A stretch of DNA of 63,986 nt, filler included, from Dimargaris cristalligena (taxonomy: Eukaryota), in assembly GCA_003614675.1 (NCBI GenBank). It is 3 parts of 3 records of this genome, joined end to end, with 100 filler letters (N's around TTAATTAATTAA, not from the genome) between each part and the next. Parts side by side here need not be neighbours in the genome. Positions count along the whole stretch, not along the records: positions 1 to 21,516 come from ML002660.1; positions 21,617 to 43,119 come from ML002661.1; 1 more part is not named here. One strand, written 5' to 3'. The notes under the pieces were generated by a model. That model was not told where the DNA came from. It saw only the letters and a program-made list of their open reading frames with translations, and searched no databases. The position numbers and the translations under genes were made by a program. Below, piece after piece: positions 11,118 through 24,747 of this stretch. The number at the start of each line of letters is the position of its first letter. Within the stretch, counting starts at the first letter, position 1.

Positions 11118-13426
11118 ATGCCACCCCGGAAAGTACTACCACCATGCGCCAATCCCTTGTTTCTGGAATGGATTGACACCTGGATTCAGGAGGCTCGTTC
11201 CCGCCAGTCCAAACTCCAGTTCGTGTACAGGAAGGCCTACGACGCTATGCTGGCCTGTCCCGAGTGTTTAAACTCCGCCCAAGAAGCCAAGCGTCTTAAC
11301 GGGATCGGGGATGCCCTGGTGACTCGACTTCAAACCCGCTTGGATAAACACTACCTCGAACTGGGTCAAACTCCGCCTTCGTTGGCGGCGTCCGTAGCCA
11401 CGACTAACAACACCACTGCCACTACTACTACTAGCCCTGGGGCCGAATCGGCACAAACCGGAACTGTGGATGCTCGACCCCCTCGACCACCCACTTCAAA
11501 CGCCGAACCTGCACCGCGTCGTCGTCGGACTGCCGCCGAGTATGTTCCGCGGTACCGATCGGGGGCATTTTCTATCCTAATTGCGCTCCATTTGCTCACC
11601 GTCGAGAACCGCTGTCGACACCCTAGGGCTCCGGTGGTCGTATCGGCGTCGACATCAACTGCGGCATCGTCATTATCACCATCACCGGCACTAAGTGACC
11701 CCATTGAGGATCTACCGGAAGTCTGGTTCGCCAAAAACGATATCATTCGCTTGGCCCAAAACTTTTGCGATGCCACCTTTGATCTATCGGCCCGTGGTAA
11801 CCAATACACGGCCTGGTCAACCATGAAAACCTTGGTGGACCGGGAATTGGTGTACCGGTTTGGCAATGCGGGCCAGTACATGTTATCGGCCCCGGGTGAA
11901 GTATTGGCCCTGAAAATGTTTTTGGTGACCCGAACTAGAGACACGGACCTGCACCGTATCTTGACCGCTCTGAATCTGGACGCCGACGGCCGACCCTTAG
12001 ACCTGGGCCCTACTGTCGGGGCCGAGATCCACCCCACCAGGACTACGGGTTCGGGTTCCCATTCCAGGTCGATGGGCTACGGGGGAATGACTGCTTCGAC
12101 ACCCGCCGCTGTCGTGAATCTCCAGGATAAGCCCGTACGCTTTAGCCCCCAGATACATGCCCCCGGATCCTACTCAGTGGTTCTACTCCTGGACACACGG
12201 GAAATCCGCAGCCGCACCGATCGGGACTTTTTTCGAGTGGAGCTTGAAAAGCGACAGGTACCCGTCGTGCTTCGTAGCTTGACGGTGGGTGATATCATGT
12301 GGGTCGCTCGTCCGAACCAATGTAGTGGCTCGGATGAAGAACTCTTTCTAGAGCATATTGTCGAACGTAAGCGCATGGATGACTTGATTGCAAGTATCAA
12401 AGACGGTCGCTATCAGGAACAAAAGGTTTGTACTACTTCTTAAACACTGGATTAGGTGTGGCAGAAATTGGACACTAAATAGAAAGTAGCTACAAACCCG
12501 TCAACTTCTGATTGATTTTCACACGTACTCACACACTCTCCCTCCCTCTTAATCTAAATCCCTTTTGCATGGTTCCATCCTTAGAACCGACTGCGCAGCT
12601 GTGGTGCCGAGCGGGTCACCTATTTAGTCGAAGGCAACCACTCGGAGGAGGATCGTTGGATAGGGCCGGCCACGATCCAAACCGCCATTTCCGAAACCCA
12701 AACCATCCACGGGTTCGCAGTCAAACGCACTCCCACCATCGAAGCCTCCCTGGACTATCTGGCCCTAATGACAAGTCAGCTCCAAAAATACCTCGAGCCC
12801 CAAGCCCTGCACCAAGTCCCCGACGTGCTGGTGGCCGAAGATGGATACCAATGGGTTCCACTGAAGGATGCTCTCCAGGCGGCTTACCCCGAACACACGT
12901 GGTGCCTTTCCTATGCCGCCCTGTCGAATATGAGTACCAAGTCGGGGCATTTAACTCTGGGTGAATTATTTATTAAAATGCTCATGTCCGCCCGGGGAAT
13001 GTCAGCCGAAAAGGCAACTCATTTGGCCAAACGATACCGCACCCCCGCCCAGTAAGTTTGATAAAATTAAAGAGAGTTCTGGATATTGTATCGCTCTCCT
13101 TATTATTACTGTATCTTACCATGGGGCTTCCAATTAGCAGCTTTAATGAATTTAGCCATAACGGATCAGCTTAACCTCAAAATCGCCAAACTGCCCATTG
13201 GATACTACTCATCACACAATATTTTACCTGTTATTTTGTGTATTATCGGCTGAATCTCGTACTTTTTAGGTTTCTGCATGCGTTGACGGACATGCAGTCC
13301 AGCCATCAGCGAGTTCTGGCTATCCAGGACTGTGGGTCCGCTGTGCTAGCTCGGCGCAAAATCGGGCTGGGCTTGGCAGATAAAATAGCTGAAACGTGGT
13401 TTTCCCCGGAATACTCCGACACTTAA
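11118..13426 (+). CDS. MUS81: Structure-specific endonuclease Mus81 (3 exons)
   Basis: Exons 11118-12425, 12585-13051 and 13270-13426. N-terminal CANPLFLEW/HhH, winged-helix YVPRYRSGA, nuclease motifs LLLDTRE, VGDIMW and IVERKRMDDLIASIKDGRYQEQK, C-terminal HhH RKIGLGLA. Confidence 0.93.
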
Positions 13427-14436
13427 CTTATATTTTTCCCTTTGCACACCTAGCCTTTTTCGGTCGACTTGATACCCCCATTTTGCTTACGAGTCGCTCG
13501 TTATCATTGCCATTAAATTATCACTCGCACTTCCATTTTCGGTAATTTATATATATTTAAGGTTTTCACCGTTTCTTGTATTTTATACCATATATTTTCT
13601 AAATAATACTTTACTCTAAAGTCCATTTGGCCTGTTAGCACTTGTCGCAACCTCTCGTTAGCTCCGATGGCAAAATATTACGCCAGTTATGCTGGCGAGG
13701 AAGGGTTTTTGGTGTTTCTTATTTTATTCCAGGGCTATTTATATATCCCCAGCGTAGGTTTCCGTCGGCCCTGACTAACTAGATAGCACTCCTTCAATGG
13801 ACCATATATTGGTATATCTCCAGTGGCTGTGGTTTGAAGTCAAGGTAAAATAATCTTGATTTACACCCCGATTATCTTTGGATGCATAATGTTACTCAAA
13901 TAACCCATTTTTGGTTGATGGATTAATGCCCTACCTATGTGAGAGTGGCTATTTATCACATTTTCAGGTATAGCAAAACCCAGTTGGTTTTTGGATTTCG
14001 CGTATCATTAGAGTCGGAGAAAAGGTCGGGAGATATTGGAGGGCGATTTGGGCACCACCATGAAACTATAGGGATACGATTTTATCAGCCTGAGAGCAAG
14101 GGTGAGGGAGACTGATTAACCCTTTGAGGTTCATTTAAAGCGCTCAGGGGGCGGGGAGTCCCCCAATCCCCACAGTATGGGAAATATCACTACCACTCGC
14201 TTTATTATTGTCTGACCTTACCCTTGTTTGTCTCTCCCCTTCGCTCATTCGCTAATATTCGACCTCTATTTGCATTTCCCGCGTACCACCAACTGTAGCC
14301 CAGGAGTATCCTAATTTATATCCGCTCTTCCTTCAAAGAATTGCGGTTCCCCCCGCATAGCTAGCTGCATCCCTAACCGCCTCCATCCGCCTCCTCGGTT
14401 CGTTAAATACCGTCGTTTCCACAACACTTTGGGACC

Positions 14437-17324
14437 ATGGTATGGTCACGGCCCACGACGACTTGGATCGCATGTGCATTCCTAGGTCTAACGATTGGTG
14501 CCCAGGCCAATGGGTCAGGCTCTCTTTTGGATGCCCAGGAATGGACCAACCACACGCTCATGTGGGGCACCTACCGACCCAACCTCTATTTCGGAGTCCG
14601 TCCCCGCTTACCGCATTCCCTGCTGACCAGCCTGGCCTGGTTCGGCGTAACCGATTTTGAACAGTGGCAAAGTAAGTTAGCCAGGAATACTAGTAGCCGG
14701 GCCTGTTATACCAGTCGCCGTTTTCTTTTTTGGAGTTACAAAGTAGAGTTGGCCCGTAAAAACTTTCGTTGAAGTTGTTGAAGGAGGAGCCGTTGCCATG
14801 GTTTATTTACACTGATCCGATGTATGTATACAATGCTTCATCCTAACTCGTATACCCCAATCCCACCCTGGTAATCCGCTTTTCCCGATAGATATTCGGC
14901 ATGCTTGTAGCATGGACGACAAAATCAAGGGGTATGGCTATCATGTACACGACGGCCGCTCGTTTGGTGAGCAAACCATTCGCGACACCTCCAATAATGT
15001 CCTCATCACCACTGATTTTATTAAACCGGCCGACGGCGAAGGTTGGAGTGCCCGTATCAGCGGTCGACCCATTGATAAGTCCCGGGATGCGGATATCTCC
15101 CTCGTTTACCTCATCGGTTTAGATGCCGAGGAAGGCGGTGAACTATACTTAGCCGATTCAGCGGCTGAATCCTCCTCCCAGGACCATTCACCACCACTGA
15201 TTGGAGAGGCCATTCAGTTCCACGGCCATACCCCTGATTTAGGTGAATTTACGCTGACGGTGGAGGGAGACCCAACTAACCAAGCGGCCACCTTGAGCGC
15301 GGGCCGGACCCTCCCCGGCGGAGTGGATCCGGACCGCGTGGTTGTCGTGGGCGTCCAAGTGCCCGACCATCAGTTATGGCAGGGTAAAGAAGTAATTGAT
15401 CAACTTCTGCTCCGGCAGGTACAAAGCCGCGTCGATCCCCAGGGTCGGACGGCGTATTTACCCCCGTATTTACTCCGCCTCCCGCAACTTCAGGCTCCCG
15501 ACGCTAATTCCTACCTCCTACAATATACCTTGCGGGCTCCGTTTACCCTTCGCGTTCGGTTTGCCCCTCGTGAATCGGAGACCCCGCCACCCTTGGCTCC
15601 TTTGGCTACCGAGCAAGAAACCCAAATCAAGGCACTCACCACCCAATTTACCCGGCGGTTCACCCGTACGTTTCATTTGGATACAAAACAGTTTACCGAG
15701 GCTCAGATCAAAATAGGCCAAGACGCCCTCAGCAACTTGTTAGGGGGGATCGGGTATTTCTACGGAAACCAAATGGTAACTGACGATCACCGTGGGCGGC
15801 CGTGGGATGTTCCCGAGCAGATGAATGACGGTGATAGTGACGACGACGATGATGATGATGATAGGGATGCCGATGACGAGAATGAGGACGATAATAATGC
15901 GAGTCATGAATTCCGGGCCCCCAAAACGAATGAGTACCGCCTGACCCCACCCAGTGCCCTGTTTTCATCCACCCCGTCACGCTCCTTCTTCCCCCGGGGT
16001 TTTCTGTGGGACGAGGGCTTCCTCCAGCTTCTCGTCGGTGCCTGGGATACCGACCTTAGTCTTGAAATCATCCAACACTGGACCAACGCCATTGACGCTG
16101 ACGGTTGGGTGGCCCGGGAACAGATTCTGGGTCCTGAGGCGCGCAGTAAAGTACCCCCGGAATTCCAGGTGCAGAATACGGCGTTCGCCAATCCCCCGAC
16201 CCTTTTGTTCCCCATCATGGCCTTCGTGAAACGACTGGCCATCTACCACAGCACCCCGCCCCCGTTTCCGCCCGTCCTCTCGGCCCGCCCTTTGCAGGGG
16301 TGGGGCGGGTCAGGAGTAGTACCCGCGGCCGTGGCGGAAGTCTGGGCCTCGGCCATGCCCCGGGAATATAACCGTTTCGTCACGGATGCGGCGCTGGGCC
16401 CCGAATTGCTCGAGCATATCTTTCCGGCTCTGCAACGCCAATTCGAGTGGTTCCAAAGGACCCAGGTCGGTGAACTTAAACCCTGGGGCTCGACGCCTCC
16501 CTTCCCCATCCGCTTCGTATCGGGCCGCCTACCGCTGGCGGGGCCGGACCCTCAACCATACTCTGACGTCGGGCTTGGACGACTACCCCCGTGCCACCCC
16601 CCACCGCGGGGAACTCCATGTTGATCTCATGAGTTGGATGGGCTACATGAGTCGGTCGTTAATGACCATCAGTGACATGTTGGGTCGGTCGGAAGACCAA
16701 CTGGAATACCAAACGGTCCATGAACATATTCTGGCCAACCTGGACACTTTGCACTGGAATCCCAACCGCCAGATGTATTGTGATGTCACTGTGGTAGAAG
16801 ATGATAACGATGACGCCGGCGTCGACCCGCGGGATATAATGACCACGGACAACGACGAATCCCCCTCGGTATTGGTATGCCACCGGGGTTACCTCAGTCT
16901 ATTCCCCCTGGCCCTAGGTCTCCTTCCCCCTTCATCGCCGAAACTGGGGGCCCTTTTAAACATGATCCACGACCCCCGTCAACTCTGGTCGCCCTACGGG
17001 GTGCGTTCCCTGGCGAAATCCGACCCCAATTATGACACGGGCGAAAACTACTGGCGCGGTGCGGTGTGGCTGAACCTCAACTACCTGGTTTTGGCGGGCC
17101 TGCACACTTATTATCGGGACCCCCCGGGACCGTATCGGGCCCAAGCGAACGTGATTTACGAGGCGCTCCGCACGAATGTGGTGAATAATGTACTGAAACA
17201 GTACCGTAAAACGGGGTTTTTCTGGGAACAGTATTCGGCTAAAACAGGCGCGGGTTTGCGGGCCCACCCGTTTACGGGCTGGACGTCCCTGGTGCTATTG
17301 ATCATGGCCGAAAAATACGATTAA
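14437..17324 (+). CDS. CWH41: ER processing alpha-glucosidase I (GH63), with apparent +1 frameshift at 16485-16488
   Basis: Exon 1 14437-14671 (hydrophobic N-terminus, WGTYRPNLYFG) and exon 2 from 14892. Motifs PSRSFFPRGFLWDEGF, GWVAREQILG and ANPPTL, then in the next frame YRWRGRT..HTLTSGLDDYPR, NYWRGAVWLN, FFWEQY and HPFTGWT. Confidence 0.93.
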
Positions 17325-20300
17325 AAAGGGGGATATGGCTGTTGGTCGGTGGCGTAGTGGGGTATTCAGTGTTCTCTAGGACTAGGGGCGATGGGTTTAT
17401 CTTACCCATTTATCTGACAATTTACATGACGGACTAGCCATTTTTATTATTATACGGAGTCGTCCGTCTTGCATTTAAAATCTATGTTACTCCGATCTTC
17501 GAAATTCCGATGGTTTCGGGTATTATTGGGTACCGTAATAAATCCATACAAAAACGAGAGTCTTTAGATAGTGAATATTCGTATGGGCAGGAGGGGGAAA
17601 TATTAATGAGCGAATAGTTTTATCGGCGGTGGCCTATCCATTGTCAAGGGAGGAATCATGTCTACTACATTACAATTACTTTATTTTACCCCAACACAGC
17701 ACCGCCATGCAGGTTCATTCCTTCACCATACGGATTTTCATAATATACGAATATATGGTTATACGGTACTGAAAAGATATTTCAGTTGGGCATAATTGTG
17801 GCATGAACCGAGGCGTTACAGCACAAAAATAACTGCCTGTGCGCGTTCCTTACAGAAGAAATTGTTGAATGGCGGCTGATTGAGGAAAGGTGAGGTTTGG
17901 CTGTCGGAAGGTTGACGTCGATATTCCAACTGTACAATACCCACTATTCTATCATTAGTATTTACAGTCCTACTCGGTGAGTTTATAACGGGCCCTTTTT
18001 GTTGTATTACACTTCAGCTGTCAAAGCTGAAGGCATCTAAATCCCTGTTGCACCGCATTATGAGTTATGTAAGTCTAGGGAGTGGCTCCATCGCCTGACT
18101 CTGGGGCCACCGGCCCTCTTGACCATTATTGAGGCCAATGTACAGCTCCCATTTTTCGATTTCTAGGGAAATCTAAACAAATGACATCCCCCCTCGTTCT
18201 TTGTGTAGCACTGGATTGTTCGATCGGCTGACAATAATATCTTGTAGGCCAATTTTAACAATATCCCCAACCCCACTGAAAACCATACCGCCGGCATACT
18301 TATTTACAGCGGCATATCTGCCCGAGTCTAGTAGACATGTAATAACCAAAAATCAGTGATAACCAAAATTCAGCTAGGATCAAGCCACTCGAATCACCCT
18401 GGTAAAAGGCACATGGGCTTGAGCCTCGTGAATACAGAGGGTATGGATATCCCCTTTTTATTTAAGGATTAGGGCAGCTTTAGTGTCTAATTAACAGGAC
18501 TAAACAGGTATGGAATGTCTACGAGAGTCAAAAATGGAAGAATTGGTAGCGGTGATTGAGAACTGCATAGCCGGTTGGCCGTATTAAAAGAAAAGGGGGG
18601 GGGAAAGATTACCTATTTTTATGAATGGGCTATAAGAAAACCCAACCGGTGGTAAATATGACATCTATCAATACATAATGGTAAAATGAAACTCGGCAAC
18701 AGTTTTAGTGAATAGTTGATGCATCGCCGGTGCCTACAGTCAGGATATCGAATGTGGTCGTCTCCTTAGGCAACCCTGGTCACCATAGAAAACCCGACAT
18801 GTAAACTGGCTCTGATACCGGCCTATTAAATAGCCGACCATGCAGGAGAAGTATAGCGCCATCGAGTGTGTTTCTGAGTGGAATGTAAAATAAAATGAAA
18901 TTGGCCAAATGGTTTTTAACCGTGTACAGAATCAAGCCGAGTCAGTCGATTCTATGTCATGTAATTGCGCCTACGATACTCTGATAAAATTCGATAAGAC
19001 CATATGTCTACAGGTATAGTGGGCTCCGGACTATAGTCAGCCATACTAATATTATCCCCAAGGAACGGATAGTGCAAAGTTAGCAAAATCGGCTCTCCAA
19101 AACGACGACATTAGAGCCCAGAGAAAGAGGGTATTCCAAAACAAATAATCAAAAATAAAAAAAGTTGTAGCACCAACTATTCCCAAGTGGTCACCCACCT
19201 CAGTACTAAATTGGCTGATACCAACTTAACTTCGCAGATCTAACGGGATACGGTGCAAACTGGTACATATGGCCACAACTGAAGAAAGTCTAAATTTTTT
19301 GATATTTATTGTCAAAAGATCACGTGACACCAGAAACCGCGGTACTTATCCCACCCCTTTGGTCGAGTTCTTAGTGATACCCTCCTCCATTTGGGTGCAA
19401 TTACTGGGTTGCCCCCCGTTCCGACCATTGATCAACGCTAACACTACCAGCCGATATGCTTACTATATATTTTGGACATTGTTGGCGATTATTATTAACT
19501 ACCAAACAGTCGAGTATAAGAATCGGGTATTTCTATCGTAGAACTGACTGGATTAAGAGGTAGACTGGATGTCAAAAGGTATAATTTTTCTATAATTAGA
19601 TTGAATTTCGCCCACATCCCAGGACAATTGCACCATGGGGTCCGTTATGGGCTTTGCTAACGGGATATGGCCCCACAAGCTACATTAGAATAGTAGCCAA
19701 ATGGTATGCTCTATCCCTTATCCTAGTATAGCCCAGTATAAAGGCCGTTGTACATGTGACTGCTAAACGTTCAATACGATATTGAATGTGAAATGAGAGG
19801 TTCAGCATATAGTAGTATATATCACATATTTCTGGCGCAGAGCACCATTGGGGGAAAATGCCGCCGGCCCCCGAAAGTCGGGCAATTGAATTGCATTTTT
19901 CATCTCCGAAACGGCAATAACGGAACAGCTGCCTTTGGGGGGGGGGGCAATTCACAGATTCACAAATTTGTCGGAGAATGTGATGCCTTCGCCTAGCATG
20001 TACATGGTACGGGGGGCCGAAAAGAAAGTTCTGTTATGGTGCCGGTTTGGGATTGACCTATCTAGAAGTTCTTTTATAGAACCCGGGGCCTTCATATCAA
20101 ATTAACATTCCCCTGACATGAATAATTGGCTATATCAATTTTCCTAGACCTTCGTACCCGCTGCTCCCTACCATTTCATTGAGTTTTACGGGCTTTTTTC
20201 TTACCCGAATTAGATTCACTACTGTTGATGCCATTTGTATAATAAACTCGGAGGCTCTTAAATGCGACTCGAGGCATATTTTAGTCAAGACAGGTCGTGT

Positions 20301-21433
20301 AGATTAGTAAAAACAGGACACTGATAGATCCGACGAATGTCCTATAAAGCTGCAATCTATATAGTCCAGGCCTCGAATGAAATACCGTTGACCAATCAAT
20401 GGGGTAATCCAGTTGCTCTTTTTTTTTTTTTTTTGGTGATGTGTCGGACGACGGTAAAATGTCCAAGGCACCACTTTATCTATTGCAAAAAATGATGTGC
20501 AGCGGATCACCCACAACGATGAACTTTGGTATTGAAGAATCGGGTTAACTATTAACCGTATGGTATTGCCATCGTGGTTATGTTTTTTAGGCTGGCGAAT
20601 CCAAGCTGTCAGCTAAAGCTGTAAAAGAGCCGATTGTCCCTAGCGATATCTCGGCAGAAAGGGATTTCCAAAGAACCGCTGTGGCCTTCGGTGCAATGAG
20701 TTAGCCGCGTTAAGGTGGAATTAGGCAGACCCTTCGTTTTATAACGAGAGTACACCTTGAATTGGGATACCCCCAACACCCGGCCTCTTATTGGGGAGGC
20801 CATTTTACAGGAGTTTCTAAATGGAACTTCGGTCATCCTACACAGAATGTGACGAATCTCCCTCCCCCGTTTCCCGCTGGTGTATTGGGGGGTTCCCAGC
20901 CCCTATGTGTAGCACCTTCCATTGCCCTGTTGGTATATAAAAATCCATATGGCCGAGCTACCGTGGCGGGAGGGGGGGGCTTTACTGTCCGCCGTATTAA
21001 CTACAACCGGTAGTTGCCGGTGCCTTTTATTTTCATCCGGCCATCTCACCAATGGCCAGCCGAACATTGGCATTGAGGGTACTCCAGGGGCAACTACTTC
21101 AGGCAGGTCAAAGTCGATGCGAACCGCGGGTTGTTGTGAAAAAGGGATGCCAAAAGAGGCAATAGCTGCGACGACAAATCATTGTCGTTCTGCGGGGGGT
21201 GATTTCAAAAATCCAGTCAGGGCTATTGAATTGATCGATTGTGAGAGAGAATATCTGCGTGGTTGGCCCCCTTAAGTTTCCATGGAAGCCATCGAATTCC
21301 AAAACAAGGGGCACGGTGGAGTGGGGTCAGAGCGACGGGTACTCTACAAGTAGGCTATTATTACTCCCCCTCACTTGGCTTTTTCTACATTGCCGTATTC
21401 AGGGTTGTGAACCGCGGGCTATGCTGAACATAT

Positions 21434-21516
21434 GGGAGAAGTTTATCCAAGCTGCATAACGAAAAATCCATTTGATGAGGCAAGTACTACTGGTTGAAAA
21501 TAAACATCCCACCAAT
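21434..21516. mobile_element. MITE copy B (truncated by contig end)
   Basis: ATAT|GGGAGAAGTTTATCCAAGCTGCATAACGAAAAATCCATTTGATGAGGC.., nearly identical to the reverse complement of copy A. Confidence 0.8.
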
Positions 21517-21616
21517 NNNNNNNNNNNNNNNNNNNNNNNNNNNNNNNNNNNNNNNNNNNNTTAATTAATTAANNNNNNNNNNNNNNNNNNNNNNNNNNNN
21601 NNNNNNNNNNNNNNNN
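21517..21616. other. Artificial assembly spacer (N44-TTAATTAATTAA-N44)
   Basis: 100-nt N run with a six-frame stop linker, identical to 43120..43219. Confidence 0.97.
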
Positions 21617-24600
21617 GGGGAAGGTTATGTCCGTCCTCTAAAGGTCACGTGACCTAAATATGATGGCCCCCTTATATGGATTTTACCCTATATAGTCGGG
21701 TTGAACTTTACCCACATAGACCCATTGAGATTTCAAAAACAAGTTTAGAATCTAATCTTAAGATGGGGTCTAGGGACCATAGTGGTGGTGAGGTTAGCAG
21801 TCATTCAATATTAAATGATTCCTTTCATTCGAATGGGCTATAGGTGCACATAGGGGGTTTGGGGTAGCATGCCTAAATATTCCTGATGAAACTAGCCTAA
21901 ACCCTGCTCCCAATAATTGCACAGGTTGTAATACACTTACTTATTAACAGGATACCTTGGTCTACTAGGTAATACCAAGGGAAGTTCAATGCTTTCAGCC
22001 ATTGAAGAATACTGTAAATATATATTTTTGGTCTAGTGAGGCCGAGTTTCAGTTGATAAGGGGATATTAGAACTTGGGGTTAGTGCTAATGCCATTGGGC
22101 TTAAGTCTTTGTATATGATATTTTTGTGTCTGCACTGAAGAAAAGTCGGTATATGACTCAGTATGTTGGCATTTGGAGGTACCTTTAGTCTCTGCCCCAT
22201 AGTGGTTTACACTGACTTTGCCTTGCTAATCTTCCAATGGTATAGGTCACAGGGACCCTGATACACTATAGTGAGAGTATGAGCCACACCCCTACGCATG
22301 TCCTTTCAGACACTATTTAAATAACACTGCTGATTTCCGCCACTCACTCTGTATCCCTGTAATCCAGATGACCAGCCACTGTACTGGATAGTAGAGATAC
22401 AACCCAAACTCAAGTTATGTTTTACCAAGGACATAAAGATTCCACACCTGGTAAGCGATTTAAAGACCAGGCAGTATTCCTACTGATTATATTCGGCCTT
22501 CAAAACTGTTTTTCCTGTGATCCCACATTATATGTTCTCCCTCCACTATTGTACATTCTATAACCACCCTAAACCTTCGGACCTTTGGTATATAACTGGA
22601 TGAATCAACCCATTGCCCCACTACTTGAGTTCACCTGCCCAGAATTTCTTGGCTGTAATCGTCCAACTGTGTCTTTAATATTCCTGAAGAGAATCCTATT
22701 TTCAAATGCTGATGAGAGGAAGTCGTATATCATCTAACATAATCTCTCTACGGCATTTAACAATGGTCTCAGATAGACCCCTGGGTTATAAAGAAGATTT
22801 TGCCAATTCAAGTTGAACAACTTTACCCTTGCATAGGTTCAGGTTTTGGAGCTCCTTCGCAGATATCACCGGGAATTTAATTGTCGTTAATGACGTCAAT
22901 GGAAATGTTGCTTCTAGGAACAACAGCCGGGGAATGCCAATATGTACATGTCTTGATTTTCAAGGCACCCTGCAGCCACACCAGTCAGAATAATAAAGGA
23001 AACCAGTCATCTGCTAAGGCGTGGGTGGTTCCAGCCAAACGTTAACTTGACTGGCTTTAAATGAAGTGGTCTAATACCGTGGCTGCATGTGAATTGGTAA
23101 GGGACAAGGCCCATACGTAAGACAGCCCTTTATTTTAATATACCTAAATGGGTTCAATATCGACTTGCTGAATCTATCAGGGTGCCAGAAGCATGGCAAG
23201 GTAGGCGAACTAGGCATAGGCAAAACCCACAGAAGTAAAATTACCCGCCAATAAAATAATACTAAACATGGTAGTACACTAAGGTTACCATTTGTAAAGG
23301 AGGGTTGTGGATATAAAACGATAGAGATGATAGTGCAAGCACGAGCCCGCCCTATGGTATGGCTAAGTAGTTTGAAGGTCAGCAAGTTTGGGTCGTTTCA
23401 ATGGCCCTTAAACTAGGCTATTCCCTATTCATCCGTTCACTTGGAAGTTTTTGCAGTGTTTAGGGAGGGTGTCTGTGTCATACAGTGACAAGAGTGGTTA
23501 GGGCTAAGTTGGCACTGATAAAAATAGCTCAGGGTGTTTAAATGGGTTATAGCTTTTTGGGTGGTACGGTACGTTGTATTGTGGTCATACTCACTGGAAA
23601 GGGACAGGATCATCCCTCCTTCCCTCCCTCCCTTGTTTTCCGCACTATTGCCCAAATACACAACCGAAAATGAAAACAGACCAGAGAACTGTGTCCATCA
23701 TTCTGGCTCGACCAGGGGCCCGGGTGACCAAAGCATTGCGTTATAAATAGGTTTTCCAGCTTAAAATTTACCCATCGGAACAATCGGTGGCAATTGGCAG
23801 TTTAAAATTTATATATATATGTATATGTATAGTTATATATAGCTATATATACCGGTTATCTGGATACACATGTATGTGTCTCGCTCGTTAGTGACCAGCG
23901 CCTAGCCTTTTATAGCTACCAACCAGACGGGCTTTGTTTGCAGTCTGACGCTTCGTGAGCTATTCAGGGAGGCAGCAACAGCAGGTGTCATTTTATGCCT
24001 ACAGCCACGCACGTAGCCACCGACCACTTTCCCTAATGTCGTCGTTGCGCCATTTATTGTAATGTCCGTTATTCGAGTAGAGTTATTTATAGTAAACCCC
24101 TTTTAGATATCAGTTTATTCTATAGAGGGTAGGGTTTAAAAAGGAGACCTTGTCCAGCGACCGGGAGGGAAACGAGCCTGAGTCTTCTGCACCTTGTACA
24201 TTTTAACCAGATGTTTACTGTTATCAATTGAAACTACCTAAGCAACCTTGGCCAACGTCACCTCAGTGAAAAAGCTATACTTGTCTGGTGGCAGATTCAC
24301 CCCCACTTGTTAAGCCCACTCCCTCCTCCTCTTCTTCCTCCCCCCTTTCAACTCTTTCTTCTGTCACCTCGTCCACTTGAATCCCAAACCTTGCGGACTT
24401 TGATAATAGCTACCTTTGATTCCCCTTCGAACGGACCCCGTTACTTCGTTTGCACCTTTAGTTAAAGCCCTGCCTCTCAACCAGGGCCGCCAACCAACTA
24501 ATCGAGCCCACTTTTGAGTCTTTTTTAGCCCCTCCAAACTATTCGACCCTCAAGGTGCTGTAGTGAACCTTGTCCTCCCGATTGCTCTTTCGACTCCGTT

Positions 24601-24747
24601 CCTCACACCACACCCCCACTTTGTTTTCGGTATATTTATTATTATTTTCCTTCCCCCTTTGATTACCTCTACCCAGTGTTTGTTAAAGATTACCATCCGC
24701 CTTTTGTTTTTCCTGCTCCCCAAGTTATATATTTACCCGCAGTGACC

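Noticed and set aside
17400-20700. Long non-coding stretch inspected for snRNA, tRNA, rRNA or arrays
   Set aside because: No recognisable RNA gene motifs or regular repeats found by eye.
21561-21572. TTAATTAATTAA inside N runs (also 43164-43175)
   Set aside because: Artificial linker. Adjacency across these gaps is not biological evidence.
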